Shown here piece by piece: positions 50,196-60,334 of a stretch of DNA of 64,000 bases. A program made the translations under genes and the position numbers. The notes below the pieces were generated by a model. The model made no database searches and had not been told where the DNA came from. It was given only the letters and a program-made list of their open reading frames with translations. This DNA comes from a virus, in the IMG/VR virus record IMGVR_UViG_3300026512_000008, positions 3,494 to 67,493 of that record; one strand, given 5' to 3'. Each line of letters starts with the position of its first letter. Within the stretch, counting starts at the first letter, position 1.

Positions 50196-51740
50196 ATGTC
50201 AATAACAGATAATGGATGTTACACAATATCAGGGTATGTTCAACCAGGATACGCGGAGTGTTCAAATGTACCCAACTCATCATCTGATTGTTATGTATAT
50301 CCAGGGTATGCTGTAGACGGGTATTTTGTATGTACAGTAGAAACAGAAACTACTCCTAGTACTACTAATAATAGTAATAAACCAGTATTTAAAGAAGATT
50401 ATAAAAAATCTTTTAGGGGTGCTCCTAGTGTAAAATTAGGACATACTGTGCAACAAAAAACACCAGATAAATATGATTTTGTTACTTCTATAATTATAAA
50501 TTCGGAACAAGGAGAACCTAATAAACCTACATTTATAAACACTCCAAAAGAATTATTAGAAACTTTTGGTACATATATTAATAAAGATATGAAGTATTGT
50601 TTGTCATTTTTAGCATATTCACCTTCTTTATTAGTCACTAGAAGTATGGGTATAGAATCATATAATAGTAGTACATATGATTTTCCTTTAATTAAAATTA
50701 ATAATTTTGAAGAGTTTACGGAATATCCAGAAGAAGATTTTTTACAAGAAGCAACGGTAAGATTTATAGCACAAACTCCTGGTACAGAAGGTAATTTATT
50801 AAAAGTGTCATTATTTACAAAAGAAGAACTTGATAATAATGAAAACATTTATAAACAATACAATGCTAAAGATATATTAAACGGTATGGATTCTGTATGC
50901 TATTGTGTTGCAATATTTAAAGATTTAGATGACGGTACGGCAGAACTTAAAGAAATGTTTGTAGTACCATTTAATGACCTTGAAAGTATTAATACACAAT
51001 CAAAATTAGTATATTGTAGATTAAATGCTTATAATGATTTTCTTGATGGTTTTTATGATGGTAATGATTACAAATACACCGGTAACCTAGTGTTTGCTGA
51101 TGGCGATGCTGGTAGATATTATTATGGATATGATGGTAATCTAGAATTGTTAGACGGTAATATTGGATTTTATGACGGCGAAGAATTTAACGAAATTACT
51201 TACATAGTTAAATTTTACGGTGGTAATATTATGAAATTAGGTGACGGAAGCACTCAAATTCCTACAATGTATGATTTAGAAGAAACAGCAGAAGAACTAG
51301 ATAATAAAACAAATTATAATATTGATTTACATATTGGTAATAATATTACATTATTTAGAGATGATGTTGTTAATATTGTAGGTACTCCGAAAGGTGTTGA
51401 ACAAGCAATAGATTTCAAGTTAATTTTTGATGCTAGAAGAAGCACATATCAAAGAGAAAAAACTAAAAATACATTCTTTATATATGGTGTAAAATTACTA
51501 GATAAAGAAGAAATTAATTGTAGCGCAGATTATGCCGGATTAAGAAGTAGAGATATATTATCGCATGGATTAGGAAGAAGTACTTCAAAAATTACAACAC
51601 CTTTAAAAATAAATAGACTTAAAACAAACCCATCGCTCCCCGAAATGGACAATTTATATCAAAATGGTATAAACATAGTTAATAAAAGTAGAAATGTTGT
51701 TTATTGTAACGGTGAAATTATACATGAGGATAATTTATAA
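50196..51740 (+). CDS. Divergent tail-sheath (gp18)-like protein, N-terminal part
   Basis: GEPNKPTFI...ELLETFG, FLAYS..LLVTR, AQTPGTEGN.LKVS, DNLYQNGIN. Confidence 0.65.
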   Translation: MSITDNGCYTISGYVQPGYAECSNVPNSSSDCYVYPGYAVDGYFVCTVETETTPSTTNNSNKPVFKEDYKKSFRGAPSVKLGHTVQQKTPDKYDFVTSIIINSEQGEPNKPTFINTPKELLETFGTYINKDMKYCLSFLAYSPSLLVTRSMGIESYNSSTYDFPLIKINNFEEFTEYPEEDFLQEATVRFIAQTPGTEGNLLKVSLFTKEELDNNENIYKQYNAKDILNGMDSVCYCVAIFKDLDDGTAELKEMFVVPFNDLESINTQSKLVYCRLNAYNDFLDGFYDGNDYKYTGNLVFADGDAGRYYYGYDGNLELLDGNIGFYDGEEFNEITYIVKFYGGNIMKLGDGSTQIPTMYDLEETAEELDNKTNYNIDLHIGNNITLFRDDVVNIVGTPKGVEQAIDFKLIFDARRSTYQREKTKNTFFIYGVKLLDKEEINCSADYAGLRSRDILSHGLGRSTSKITTPLKINRLKTNPSLPEMDNLYQNGINIVNKSRNVVYCNGEIIHEDNL

Positions 51741-52051
51741 TGAAAAATGTAAAAAATACAACTATAAAATCATTAACAAATCAAATAACATATAATAGAT
51801 TATTAAGGGCGACTAGAAAAATACTTATGGAAACAGTATTTGAATTTAATGATGATTACACAAGAAATTTAGTTGGACAAAAACTTAGAACATTATACAA
51901 TAAAGCAAAAGAATTTGCAATAAATGATTATCGTATATATATTCGTGATTTTGATCCTGCTAAACCACATTATATGGAAGTAAATATTCAAATACAACTA
52001 AAATCGATGATACATTATGTTCACTTAAATGTAAATAATGTAGATGAATAA
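51740..52051 (+). CDS. Tail-sheath C-terminal domain as a separate protein
   Basis: ITYNRLL...VFEFNDDYTR...AINDYRI; TAATG overlap with the previous gene. Confidence 0.65.
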   Translation: MKNVKNTTIKSLTNQITYNRLLRATRKILMETVFEFNDDYTRNLVGQKLRTLYNKAKEFAINDYRIYIRDFDPAKPHYMEVNIQIQLKSMIHYVHLNVNNVDE

Positions 52052-52117
52052 TATGAAACATTTTATTTAAGATACTTGTTATACTTATATAAATACTTAA
52101 AAAGTACGGAGTAATTT

Positions 52118-54358
52118 ATGGCAAGTACAGGTATTATACAAAGAAGATACGCTAAACATGAACTTATTGCTAATCCACCGCTTGTTGGTGAAGTAGTATT
52201 TGCATTAGATACAGAAGAATTTGGAACGCTTATAAACGGTGATATCGTTTGGAAAGCGTTTGAAGATATTATTAAATCTGTTAATGGAAAAGTTGGTCAT
52301 GTTGTTATCACAAAAGAAGAATTAGGTTTAGGTGATGTAGATAATACATCCGATATGGATAAACCAGTTTCTACAGCAACACAATCATTATTTAACACAC
52401 ATACATCAAACACTGATAACCCTCATAATGTAACAAAAGAAACATTAAATTTAGAAAATGTAGATAATACATCTGATATGGATAAACCAGTTTCTACAGC
52501 AACAAATGAAGAGTTGCTTAAAAAACTAGATAAAATAAGTACAGCAGTGAATTCTGAAAGATTGGGTGGTTTTTTACCAGAATATTTTATTAAAGACGGA
52601 ACTGTTTATAGTAAAAGTGAAACAGACGATATGCTAGCAACTAAAGTAAATTTAGGTGATGTTTACACAAAATTAGTTCTGGATGCTATGTTAGAAGACA
52701 AAGCAGATAAAGACGATACATACACTAAAATAGATTCTGACAATAAATTTGAAGTAAAAACTAATAAAGGAGTTGCTTCTGGTTATGCTTCTTTAGACGG
52801 TGCAGGTAAAGTTCCAACTTCTCAATTACCATCAAGTGTAACAGGTAAATCTGTACAAACATACACTGACGAATTATCATTACCACAGCCAGGAGAAGCA
52901 GACACAATTTATATTACTGAAGATACAAATTCTATGTTTAGTTATAATGTAGACAATAATACATACGAAAATATTAGTACATCTTTAGGCGAAACTGAAA
53001 ATACTGCATATCGTGGAGACTATGGTAAAATTGCGTACGAACATACACTTAACAAAAACAATCCTCATGAAGTTAGTGCAAGTGATGTTAATGCTTACAA
53101 TAAAAGTGAAATAGATAGTAAAATATTAAATCACTTAAATGCACATAATCCACACGAAATTGATGCAGTAGATGTAGGTGCTTATACTACAGAAGATGTC
53201 GATAATTTAATAAATAATCATACATCAAACACAAACAATCCTCATAATGTTACTCCAGAGCAATTAAATGTTTATGAAAAACCTGTTTTAGATGCGCATA
53301 AAAATAATATGAATAATCCTCATAATGTTACTCCAGAGCAATTAAATGTTTATACTAAAAATGAAGTTGATTTAAAATCAGAATATATAAGAACGGAACC
53401 AACTACTGTAACAGTTGGTGGTATTAAAAAGGGAGAAACTTTTGACGGAACTTTAGCAGATGTATTTGATAGATTATTTTATCCATTAACAACTAAAGAA
53501 GATACTCCTATCGATATTAATTTAGCAGACGAGGGTGCAAGCATTCCTGTTTCATCAATAACACAACCGTCAAACGGTACAGCATCATTAAATAATGACG
53601 GGACAATAGTAACATATACACCAAATCAAGACTTTAACGGAGTAGACTCGTTTACATATACATCAGAAAACGGAAGTACTGGTACAATCTCTTTAACAGT
53701 TACTGCAGTAAATGATATTACTATAATACACAATGATACAGCTGTAATGGACCAAGATACTTCTATAAACATTGATGTATTAGCAAATGATACAGATGTT
53801 GATGGAACAAAAAGTTCAGTAGAATCTGTGACTAATGGTTCACACGGTACAACAAGTATTAATTCAGACAATACAATTACATATACACCGGATACAGGAT
53901 ATTATGGAACAGATTCGTTTACATATACAAATGTTGAAGGAAATTCTGGTGTTGTTGATATTACAATTAACGAAGTTATTAAAGAATCTATGTATTACGG
54001 AGTTTGGGAATATAATACACCACCATTAACTATAGATGAGTTAAATAGTGTTGATTTCACTAAAGACGATACTAAATCTAGTTTAGATGGTACTTATACA
54101 TTTAATGCTAAAGCATATGACAGTGAAGATCCTGATTATGTAGAAGGATCTAATAATGGTAATGGTGCTTATCATACATTTGTTTATCCAAAAACTTGGA
54201 CACAAATAGATGCGTCTACCGGTATAGTAGATAACTCTAATAATCAATCTGGTGGTTGGGAATACGACGCTGATATTACGATTGATGGTGTAGATTATTA
54301 TGTTCTTAGAACATCGAACGAACAATACGCAGGTGATTATACTTATACAGTATCTTAA
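52118..54358 (+). CDS. Virion fibre protein with NPHxV repeats and Ig-like (Big_9/cadherin-like) domains
   Basis: N-terminus paralogous to 16090; VDNTSDMDKPVS x2; TYTP..DFNG.DSFTYT x2; TATAAATA at 52088. Confidence 0.75.
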   Translation: MASTGIIQRRYAKHELIANPPLVGEVVFALDTEEFGTLINGDIVWKAFEDIIKSVNGKVGHVVITKEELGLGDVDNTSDMDKPVSTATQSLFNTHTSNTDNPHNVTKETLNLENVDNTSDMDKPVSTATNEELLKKLDKISTAVNSERLGGFLPEYFIKDGTVYSKSETDDMLATKVNLGDVYTKLVLDAMLEDKADKDDTYTKIDSDNKFEVKTNKGVASGYASLDGAGKVPTSQLPSSVTGKSVQTYTDELSLPQPGEADTIYITEDTNSMFSYNVDNNTYENISTSLGETENTAYRGDYGKIAYEHTLNKNNPHEVSASDVNAYNKSEIDSKILNHLNAHNPHEIDAVDVGAYTTEDVDNLINNHTSNTNNPHNVTPEQLNVYEKPVLDAHKNNMNNPHNVTPEQLNVYTKNEVDLKSEYIRTEPTTVTVGGIKKGETFDGTLADVFDRLFYPLTTKEDTPIDINLADEGASIPVSSITQPSNGTASLNNDGTIVTYTPNQDFNGVDSFTYTSENGSTGTISLTVTAVNDITIIHNDTAVMDQDTSINIDVLANDTDVDGTKSSVESVTNGSHGTTSINSDNTITYTPDTGYYGTDSFTYTNVEGNSGVVDITINEVIKESMYYGVWEYNTPPLTIDELNSVDFTKDDTKSSLDGTYTFNAKAYDSEDPDYVEGSNNGNGAYHTFVYPKTWTQIDASTGIVDNSNNQSGGWEYDADITIDGVDYYVLRTSNEQYAGDYTYTVS

Positions 54359-54385
54359 TCTTTATAAATAAATAAAAGGTTACAA

Positions 54386-55105
54386 ATGGCAGCATATACA
54401 GGTACAATACCAATAACAGCACCAATATCTCCAAGAGATACAAGACACAAATACCCTACACACTTTGACCAATTTGGTAAAGGTGGGTATCAGTCTGTTT
54501 TATCAATATCTGAAAGAGACACAATTACTACAGACCGTAAAAAAAATGGTATGCTTGTTTATGTTATTGAAGAAGATAAAACTTATATTCTTAAAGAGAA
54601 TAATTGGGAAGAAGTTAAAGTACAAATAACTGTACAGTCTTTAGATAATAGTGTTATATTTAATGATGTGGAAAATATTAAAGTTGATACAGATTCTGGT
54701 TTAGGATTAAACCGAAATGTTAATGAAGCAGGAACTGTTATACTTACAGCACAAAAACCTTTTTGCGAATTTTCAGATTCGGCTGATAATAAAATTAGTG
54801 CTAACAATACAGATACAGTTAAATTTGAAGAAACAAATACAATTATTCCTAAAATCCAAGGAAATTCTATAGCATTTAACACTAAAACATTTAATTATAA
54901 AAGTACTACACCGTCCGTGCAACATATAGTAGAACATAATTTAAATACTGATTTAATTATTGTGAATGTATATGAAGTAAATGACAACAATACAAAAGAT
55001 TACACAGTTATACCATATACTATATTGGATTTAAATACTATTGAGTTAACTTTAAGTGTTGCTAAAAATATTATGGTTAATATTATACCATTAGAACCTA
55101 TATAA
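54386..55105 (+). CDS. Putative virion protein
   Basis: ERDTI...RKKNGMLVYV and C-terminal HIVEHNLNT domain; TATAAATA at 54363. Confidence 0.6.
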   Translation: MAAYTGTIPITAPISPRDTRHKYPTHFDQFGKGGYQSVLSISERDTITTDRKKNGMLVYVIEEDKTYILKENNWEEVKVQITVQSLDNSVIFNDVENIKVDTDSGLGLNRNVNEAGTVILTAQKPFCEFSDSADNKISANNTDTVKFEETNTIIPKIQGNSIAFNTKTFNYKSTTPSVQHIVEHNLNTDLIIVNVYEVNDNNTKDYTVIPYTILDLNTIELTLSVAKNIMVNIIPLEPI

Positions 55106-55168
55106 AATTATATACCAATTAATATTTTTCAAATGTATAAATAAAACATATTAAAAAGGAGAATATTG

Positions 55169-57157
55169 ATGTCAACATTTACAGAAATACATGGTATATC
55201 ACTAGCAGAAAATTCATACATTGAAAATATGCATGTGGAAATTTTAGAAACAGATCCAACAGCAACAGCAGCGGGACAGATTTGGTATAATTCAACAGAA
55301 AAAACATACAAAGCAACATCATATGATGAAGGCGGAGCAGTTGTAACAATCGTTCTTGGTGGTAAAGAAGAACTAGACGCATTTATTGCGGATTTAGCAA
55401 CATCAACAGGTGCATCAAAAATTGGTTATGATGGTGAAACAGGAACAAATAGCAAATTTTCAGTTCAAGCAGGAACATTAGACACATCATTAGACTCATT
55501 GGTACAAGGTGTTGATGCTAACGCTCAAGCACTTGCAGATTTAGGTGACGGTTCACTTACAGATATGCAAAATGAAATTGATGCAATTGAAACAGGTACA
55601 GGTTTAGAATCAGATGGTACATTTGTATCTTCAGTAGGAACAAACTACACAAACACTTCAGCATCATTAAAAGCAGCAACTGAAGATTTAGATGCTCAAG
55701 TAAAAGTAAATGCAGATGCAATTACACAAGAACAAGCAGACAGAGCGGCGGAAGATATTTTAAAACTTACTAAGTCTGGTGACGCAATGACTGGCGAATT
55801 ATCACTTGGTGATAACAGAATTACAAATGTTGGTACACCAGTTGATGATACTGATGCAACTAATAAAGTTTATGTTGATAGTGCTATTGCAGGTATTTCA
55901 TGGAAACAACCAGTACAAGCAGCAACAGAAGCAAATATTACTTTAGAAGATTTACAAACTATTGATGGTGTTGTTTTAGCAGTAGGCGATAGAGTTCTTG
56001 TTAAAGATCAAACTAATCTTGTCGAAAATGGTATTTACGATGTAGTAGACGGCGGTGCTTGGACTCGTTCAGCAGACTTTGATGATAGTCCAGACACAGA
56101 AGTTGAAGAAGGCGCAGCAGTATTTGTTGAAGGCGGTACTACAAACGCAGATAACGGTTTCACATTACTTGGTAATGATACAGATGGTACAGATGGAATT
56201 CAAGTTGGTTCAGACGAATTAGTATTTATTCAATTTTCTGGTGCTGGACAAGTTATTGCAGGTGCAGGTCTTTCAAAAACAGGTAACGAATTATTTATTA
56301 ACATGGGTGCTGGTATTGTCGAACTTCCTTCTGATGAAGTAGGTATAGATGTTTCACCAACTGGTTCATTATTTAATACTTTAGACGGTTCTACTTCAAG
56401 TACTGATACAGATGCTCAATTAGCAGTAAAACTAGATGGTGCTACACTTACAAGTTCAGCAAATGGTCTTAAAATTACTGATTCTGTTCTTTCTGATATA
56501 GAAGACGAAATTCAATTAGTTCAAAATGAATTAGATGCTACACAAACAGGCGCAGGTTTAGATAGTGACGGTAGTTATACAGCAACTACATCAGCAAATT
56601 ATGTTTCTTCAGCAGCATCGCTAGATGCAGGTATCCAATCACTCGATACTCAAGTTAAAACAAACGAAGATGCTATTTCACAAGAAGTAACTGATAGAAC
56701 AAATGCTGATACTGCATTACAAAATGAATTAGATGCTACACAAACAGGCGCAGGTTTAGATGGTGACGGTAGTTATACAGCACCAGCAAGTGCTACTTAT
56801 ATTAATTCTGCAAGTTCATTATTCAATGCAACAGTTTTATTAGACACACAACTTAATACAAACACTGATGCTATTTCACAAGAAGTAACTGATAGAACAA
56901 CAGCAGTAGCGGCACTAAACAATGCTATAAATGCAGGAAACTTCACTTATGAGTCAAGTGCACCAGCAACATCACACACAATAACTCACAATTTAGGCGA
57001 TGCATTTGTAACAGTTGCATTATGGATTAAACAAGATGACAATTCATTTAAAAATGATATTGGTCAAATTACACTTAATACTAATGATAAATTAACAGTA
57101 GATCTTACTGTTGCAAAAGATATTAGAGTAGTTGTAACAGCATCTAAAGACATATAG
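55169..57157 (+). CDS. Highly expressed head/tail fibre or decoration protein
   Basis: Capsid-like codon bias; QTIDG..L..GDRVLVKDQT...ENGIY domain; 198-nt internal duplication; HTITHNLG C-terminus; ATG 55169 behind AAGGAG; TATAAATA at 55136. Confidence 0.7.
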   Translation: MSTFTEIHGISLAENSYIENMHVEILETDPTATAAGQIWYNSTEKTYKATSYDEGGAVVTIVLGGKEELDAFIADLATSTGASKIGYDGETGTNSKFSVQAGTLDTSLDSLVQGVDANAQALADLGDGSLTDMQNEIDAIETGTGLESDGTFVSSVGTNYTNTSASLKAATEDLDAQVKVNADAITQEQADRAAEDILKLTKSGDAMTGELSLGDNRITNVGTPVDDTDATNKVYVDSAIAGISWKQPVQAATEANITLEDLQTIDGVVLAVGDRVLVKDQTNLVENGIYDVVDGGAWTRSADFDDSPDTEVEEGAAVFVEGGTTNADNGFTLLGNDTDGTDGIQVGSDELVFIQFSGAGQVIAGAGLSKTGNELFINMGAGIVELPSDEVGIDVSPTGSLFNTLDGSTSSTDTDAQLAVKLDGATLTSSANGLKITDSVLSDIEDEIQLVQNELDATQTGAGLDSDGSYTATTSANYVSSAASLDAGIQSLDTQVKTNEDAISQEVTDRTNADTALQNELDATQTGAGLDGDGSYTAPASATYINSASSLFNATVLLDTQLNTNTDAISQEVTDRTTAVAALNNAINAGNFTYESSAPATSHTITHNLGDAFVTVALWIKQDDNSFKNDIGQITLNTNDKLTVDLTVAKDIRVVVTASKDI

Positions 57158-57166
57158 TCTTTAGAT
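57142..57166 (+). terminator. Hairpin over the stop codon
   Basis: ATCTAAAGAC-ATATA-GTCTTTAGAT, perfect 10-bp stem. Confidence 0.5.
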
Positions 57167-57169
57167 TCT

Positions 57170-57200
57170 ACTTAAACACTTAAACACTTAAACACTTAAA
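57170..57200. repeat. 8-bp tandem repeat (ACTTAAAC) x about 4
   Basis: Direct reading; inverted copy TTTAAGTGTTT at 57221-57231. Confidence 0.85.
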
Positions 57201-57330
57201 TAAAGGCTTATAGGTTATATTTTAAGTGTTTTTGCTTATTTTTATACAAAAAAACACCTTCTCTAAAAAAACTACTTCTCTAAAAAAATTTACATTAAAA
57301 TAATTTTATAAATAATTAAAAAGGACATTT

Positions 57331-57546
57331 ATGGCATTAACTTATGCGGATAAACTTAAATACTCAAAAATTATTAGAACAAAATTTGATGAAATTAAAC
57401 TGCTTAAAGATGATTTAATAGCGGCGTTAATAATAGATTCAAAAGAAGACTACGATTTTACAGTAAATATTATATTTTCAAAAATATCAGTAATAGAAAC
57501 AAATATAGTAAACTTAAGAAAAGAATTTTTTGGAGAGGTATCCTAA
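57331..57546 (+). CDS. Small helical protein, paralogue A
   Basis: AAGGA RBS; TATAAATA at 57307; I.NLRK.F shared with the next ORF. Confidence 0.6.
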   Translation: MALTYADKLKYSKIIRTKFDEIKLLKDDLIAALIIDSKEDYDFTVNIIFSKISVIETNIVNLRKEFFGEVS

Positions 57547-57770
57547 TGTTATCAAAACAACAACAGCAAGTAAAATGGATTGATATTGTATTTGATAATC
57601 TTGAAAGATTAGAACTTAATATTATTCGTGGTATAGAAAATCAATCGTTTACCGAAGATTCATTATTTAAACTTCAAAATGATTTACAACATCATTATGG
57701 TGCAATTACAAATCTCAGAAAATCATTCGATAAAAATACTTTTTTTACCGGTTATTTTACTGAAAATTAA
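57546..57770 (+). CDS. Small helical protein, paralogue B
   Basis: GGAGAGG RBS; TAATG coupling. Confidence 0.6.
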   Translation: MLSKQQQQVKWIDIVFDNLERLELNIIRGIENQSFTEDSLFKLQNDLQHHYGAITNLRKSFDKNTFFTGYFTEN

Positions 57771-57780
57771 AGGAAATACA

Positions 57781-58371
57781 ATGAAACTTAAATCAATTAG
57801 TCAATGGAATTTAAAAAATAAAGACGGAATAATAGTTGACAGCACAAACAATTTTAATATTCAAGAATTAGGTAATGTAGATTTTTCTAAACCGGGTATT
57901 TTAATTATCGACGATAATGAAGGTATTTGCTCTTTTATTGAGGATGACTTTGAGGAACTAGATGTGAATGGTAAGATTAATTTAAATAATTATAATGTAT
58001 TTGTTTTTTATGGAATTATGTGTGCGTATGATCTTATAGCAACTATTCAAAAATATCCTAATATGAATATACAAAAAGCAATCATAGATATTACATACTC
58101 AGGAACAGTAGAAACAAATAAAGGTAATATAAAATTAAATGGTGTAGATATTTTTGAAATACTTTATGAAATAAATCCTAATCTTGATTATTTATTTTAC
58201 ACAGGTAATCAAATGAATAATCATATTAAAATTATTAGTGAAATTATGAGAAAATACACAAAATTAACTAATAAAAAAATAACAGACGATATATTATTTA
58301 AAACTCAATTTAGTATGAATGACCGTAGAAAATATATAGCAGAACACTTATTTAATATAACAGTACAATAA
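57781..58371 (+). CDS. Single-domain response regulator (receiver)
   Basis: ILIIDD, AIID phosphoacceptor, NGVDI, FYTG, ILFK; start moved to ATG 57781 behind AAGGA. Confidence 0.8.
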   Translation: MKLKSISQWNLKNKDGIIVDSTNNFNIQELGNVDFSKPGILIIDDNEGICSFIEDDFEELDVNGKINLNNYNVFVFYGIMCAYDLIATIQKYPNMNIQKAIIDITYSGTVETNKGNIKLNGVDIFEILYEINPNLDYLFYTGNQMNNHIKIISEIMRKYTKLTNKKITDDILFKTQFSMNDRRKYIAEHLFNITVQ

Positions 58372-58375
58372 AAAT

Positions 58376-59749
58376 ATGAATTTAATTTTAAATAACAATA
58401 TTGTTGAATTTACTAAAAAATATTTTTGGTATTTTATTACGGTTACTTTATTATTAATATTTGTGTTAGGAACTTCTGTTATAACAAGTGTAGATTCACA
58501 TATAAATTATATCAATCATCAAATTAAGCAAAATATTATGGAATATGATGAAATAGATTTATCTCATATTTGTAATTTAAGTGAGTGTACTAAAATATAC
58601 ACGCCTACAGAAACATTTGTTAAAAAAGATTATCTTACTGAAATTAATTACGAAAAACCTAATTTTTTAAAAATAAGTAAAACAGTATATTTAAATAATT
58701 ATCATCTTGTTTTTTATAATGAAGAAGCTAATGTTTACATAGAGAAAATATTTGGTCATCATATATATGATATTATTGTAAATTTAAGTATAATTTTTAT
58801 AATTTTCATTAACATATTTTCTTGGTTTATGTATAAAGCATATAAGCGAGAAAGAAACGAAGCTATGATTACTAATATTGGTAACGAAGCTATTCTTGCT
58901 AATAAATCTATGATTATGATTACAGAAAATGTACACCATGAATTAAATACCCCTATAGATGTAATTGAAAATAAGATTGAAAAAGTACATCGTACCTTAA
59001 ATCAATATATTGTGTCACAAACAGAATGGGCAGAAAAACATAATATGGATAAAAGAGAAACCGTTGAAAGCAGAAAATGGAACCAAAAAATAATTAAATT
59101 AGAAAAGGATTTTGATTTTATTCATACCAGTATAGAACAAATATTATCAGTCCTTAGTAAAATGAAAAACTTTAAAAATCTTAGATATTCAAATGGTGAT
59201 AAATCTGTTTATAATGTTATTGAAGGAGCGTTTCGTATTATATCTGTATCATATTCTAATGTATCATATTATATAGATGATGAATTTAAAAAATATAAAA
59301 TGGGCAAAGACACACTTAAAAATATAGATTTATTAAATGTACTTATTAATCATATTAAAAATTCGTTAGAAGCACAAGCTAGTGAAATTAAAGTTAATAT
59401 GAATCCTAATATTAAAAAGAATATGATGAAATTAGTAATTACTGATAACGGTTCAGGAATTTCAGAAGAAATTAAAAAAAATGTTTTCAATCCTAATTTT
59501 TCTTCAAAACAAATAGGTGATAGTATTCGTGGAAATGGTATGTATTTAAATAAACATATAGTAAAAGAGTTTGGTGGTGATATAAAAATATTACAAACTA
59601 GCACCAAAGGTACGAGTGTTGAAATATCATTTAGGGTTAACATAAAGGAAGATAATAATATTGCTCATAAAATCAATAATAATGAAATTGAAAATGAAAT
59701 TGATAAAATTAGAATCAAAAGTGCTAAAAATAAACAATATAAATACTAA
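58376..59749 (+). CDS. Membrane sensor histidine kinase
   Basis: Two TM segments flanking a periplasmic domain; H-box VHHELNTP, N-box NHIKNSLEA, DNGSGI, FNPNFSSK, RGNGMY. Confidence 0.92.
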   Translation: MNLILNNNIVEFTKKYFWYFITVTLLLIFVLGTSVITSVDSHINYINHQIKQNIMEYDEIDLSHICNLSECTKIYTPTETFVKKDYLTEINYEKPNFLKISKTVYLNNYHLVFYNEEANVYIEKIFGHHIYDIIVNLSIIFIIFINIFSWFMYKAYKRERNEAMITNIGNEAILANKSMIMITENVHHELNTPIDVIENKIEKVHRTLNQYIVSQTEWAEKHNMDKRETVESRKWNQKIIKLEKDFDFIHTSIEQILSVLSKMKNFKNLRYSNGDKSVYNVIEGAFRIISVSYSNVSYYIDDEFKKYKMGKDTLKNIDLLNVLINHIKNSLEAQASEIKVNMNPNIKKNMMKLVITDNGSGISEEIKKNVFNPNFSSKQIGDSIRGNGMYLNKHIVKEFGGDIKILQTSTKGTSVEISFRVNIKEDNNIAHKINNNEIENEIDKIRIKSAKNKQYKY

Positions 59750-59764
59750 AAAGAGAAATTATGT

Positions 59765-60049
59765 ATGAAAAAGGTGTTTTTAACTTTACTATTTGTTGCA
59801 ATAATTATATTACCTGTAGATGCGAAAACATCAGAAATACGCACATATAACTATATGGAAACTTATTTTCACGATAATAATATAAATATTAAAACCAAAA
59901 CTTATAAAGGTTGGATTAGAGTTTTATTGTCTGGTACTAAAAGAAAACAATATCATTTAAATTTGTCAAAAAAACAAATTAATATATATACACACAAATT
60001 AAAAATACTACAAAATAAAAAAATAATATATAAAAATAATAATATATAA
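59765..60049 (+). CDS. Small secreted basic protein
   Basis: Sec signal MKKVFLTLLFVAIIILPVDA; TATAAATA at 59738. Confidence 0.65.
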   Translation: MKKVFLTLLFVAIIILPVDAKTSEIRTYNYMETYFHDNNINIKTKTYKGWIRVLLSGTKRKQYHLNLSKKQINIYTHKLKILQNKKIIYKNNNI

Positions 60050-60107
60050 TATTTTTTAATTAAAAAGTATTTAAGTACAGTTTGTGTAAAATTTTACAAG
60101 TAATTAA

Positions 60108-60304
60108 AATTAAAAATTAATAAAGTTTGTGTTATAATAACAGTAATTAAAAATTAATACTTAAATAATTTTACAATTAATTAAAAATTAATAAAGTTTG
60201 TGTTATAATAACAGTAATTAAAAATTAATACTTAAATAATTTTACAATTAATTAAAAATTAATAAAGTTTGTGTTATAATAACAGTAATTAAAAATTAAT
60301 ACTT
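60108..60304. repeat. 71-bp tandem repeat x about 2.8, each unit with GTGTTATAAT
   Basis: GTTATAAT at 60131, 60202 and 60273. Confidence 0.9.
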
Positions 60305-60334
60305 TGTTTTTAGCTAAGTGTTACAATTTGTTAC

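Noticed and set aside
57679-57780. Longer N-terminus of the response regulator given by the track
   Set aside because: Overlaps the upstream gene by about 90 nt; ATG 57781 has a proper RBS
1213-59643. Numerous minus-strand and alternative-frame ORFs in the supplied track
   Set aside because: They lie inside well-supported plus-strand genes and lack RBSs or motifs; shadow ORFs
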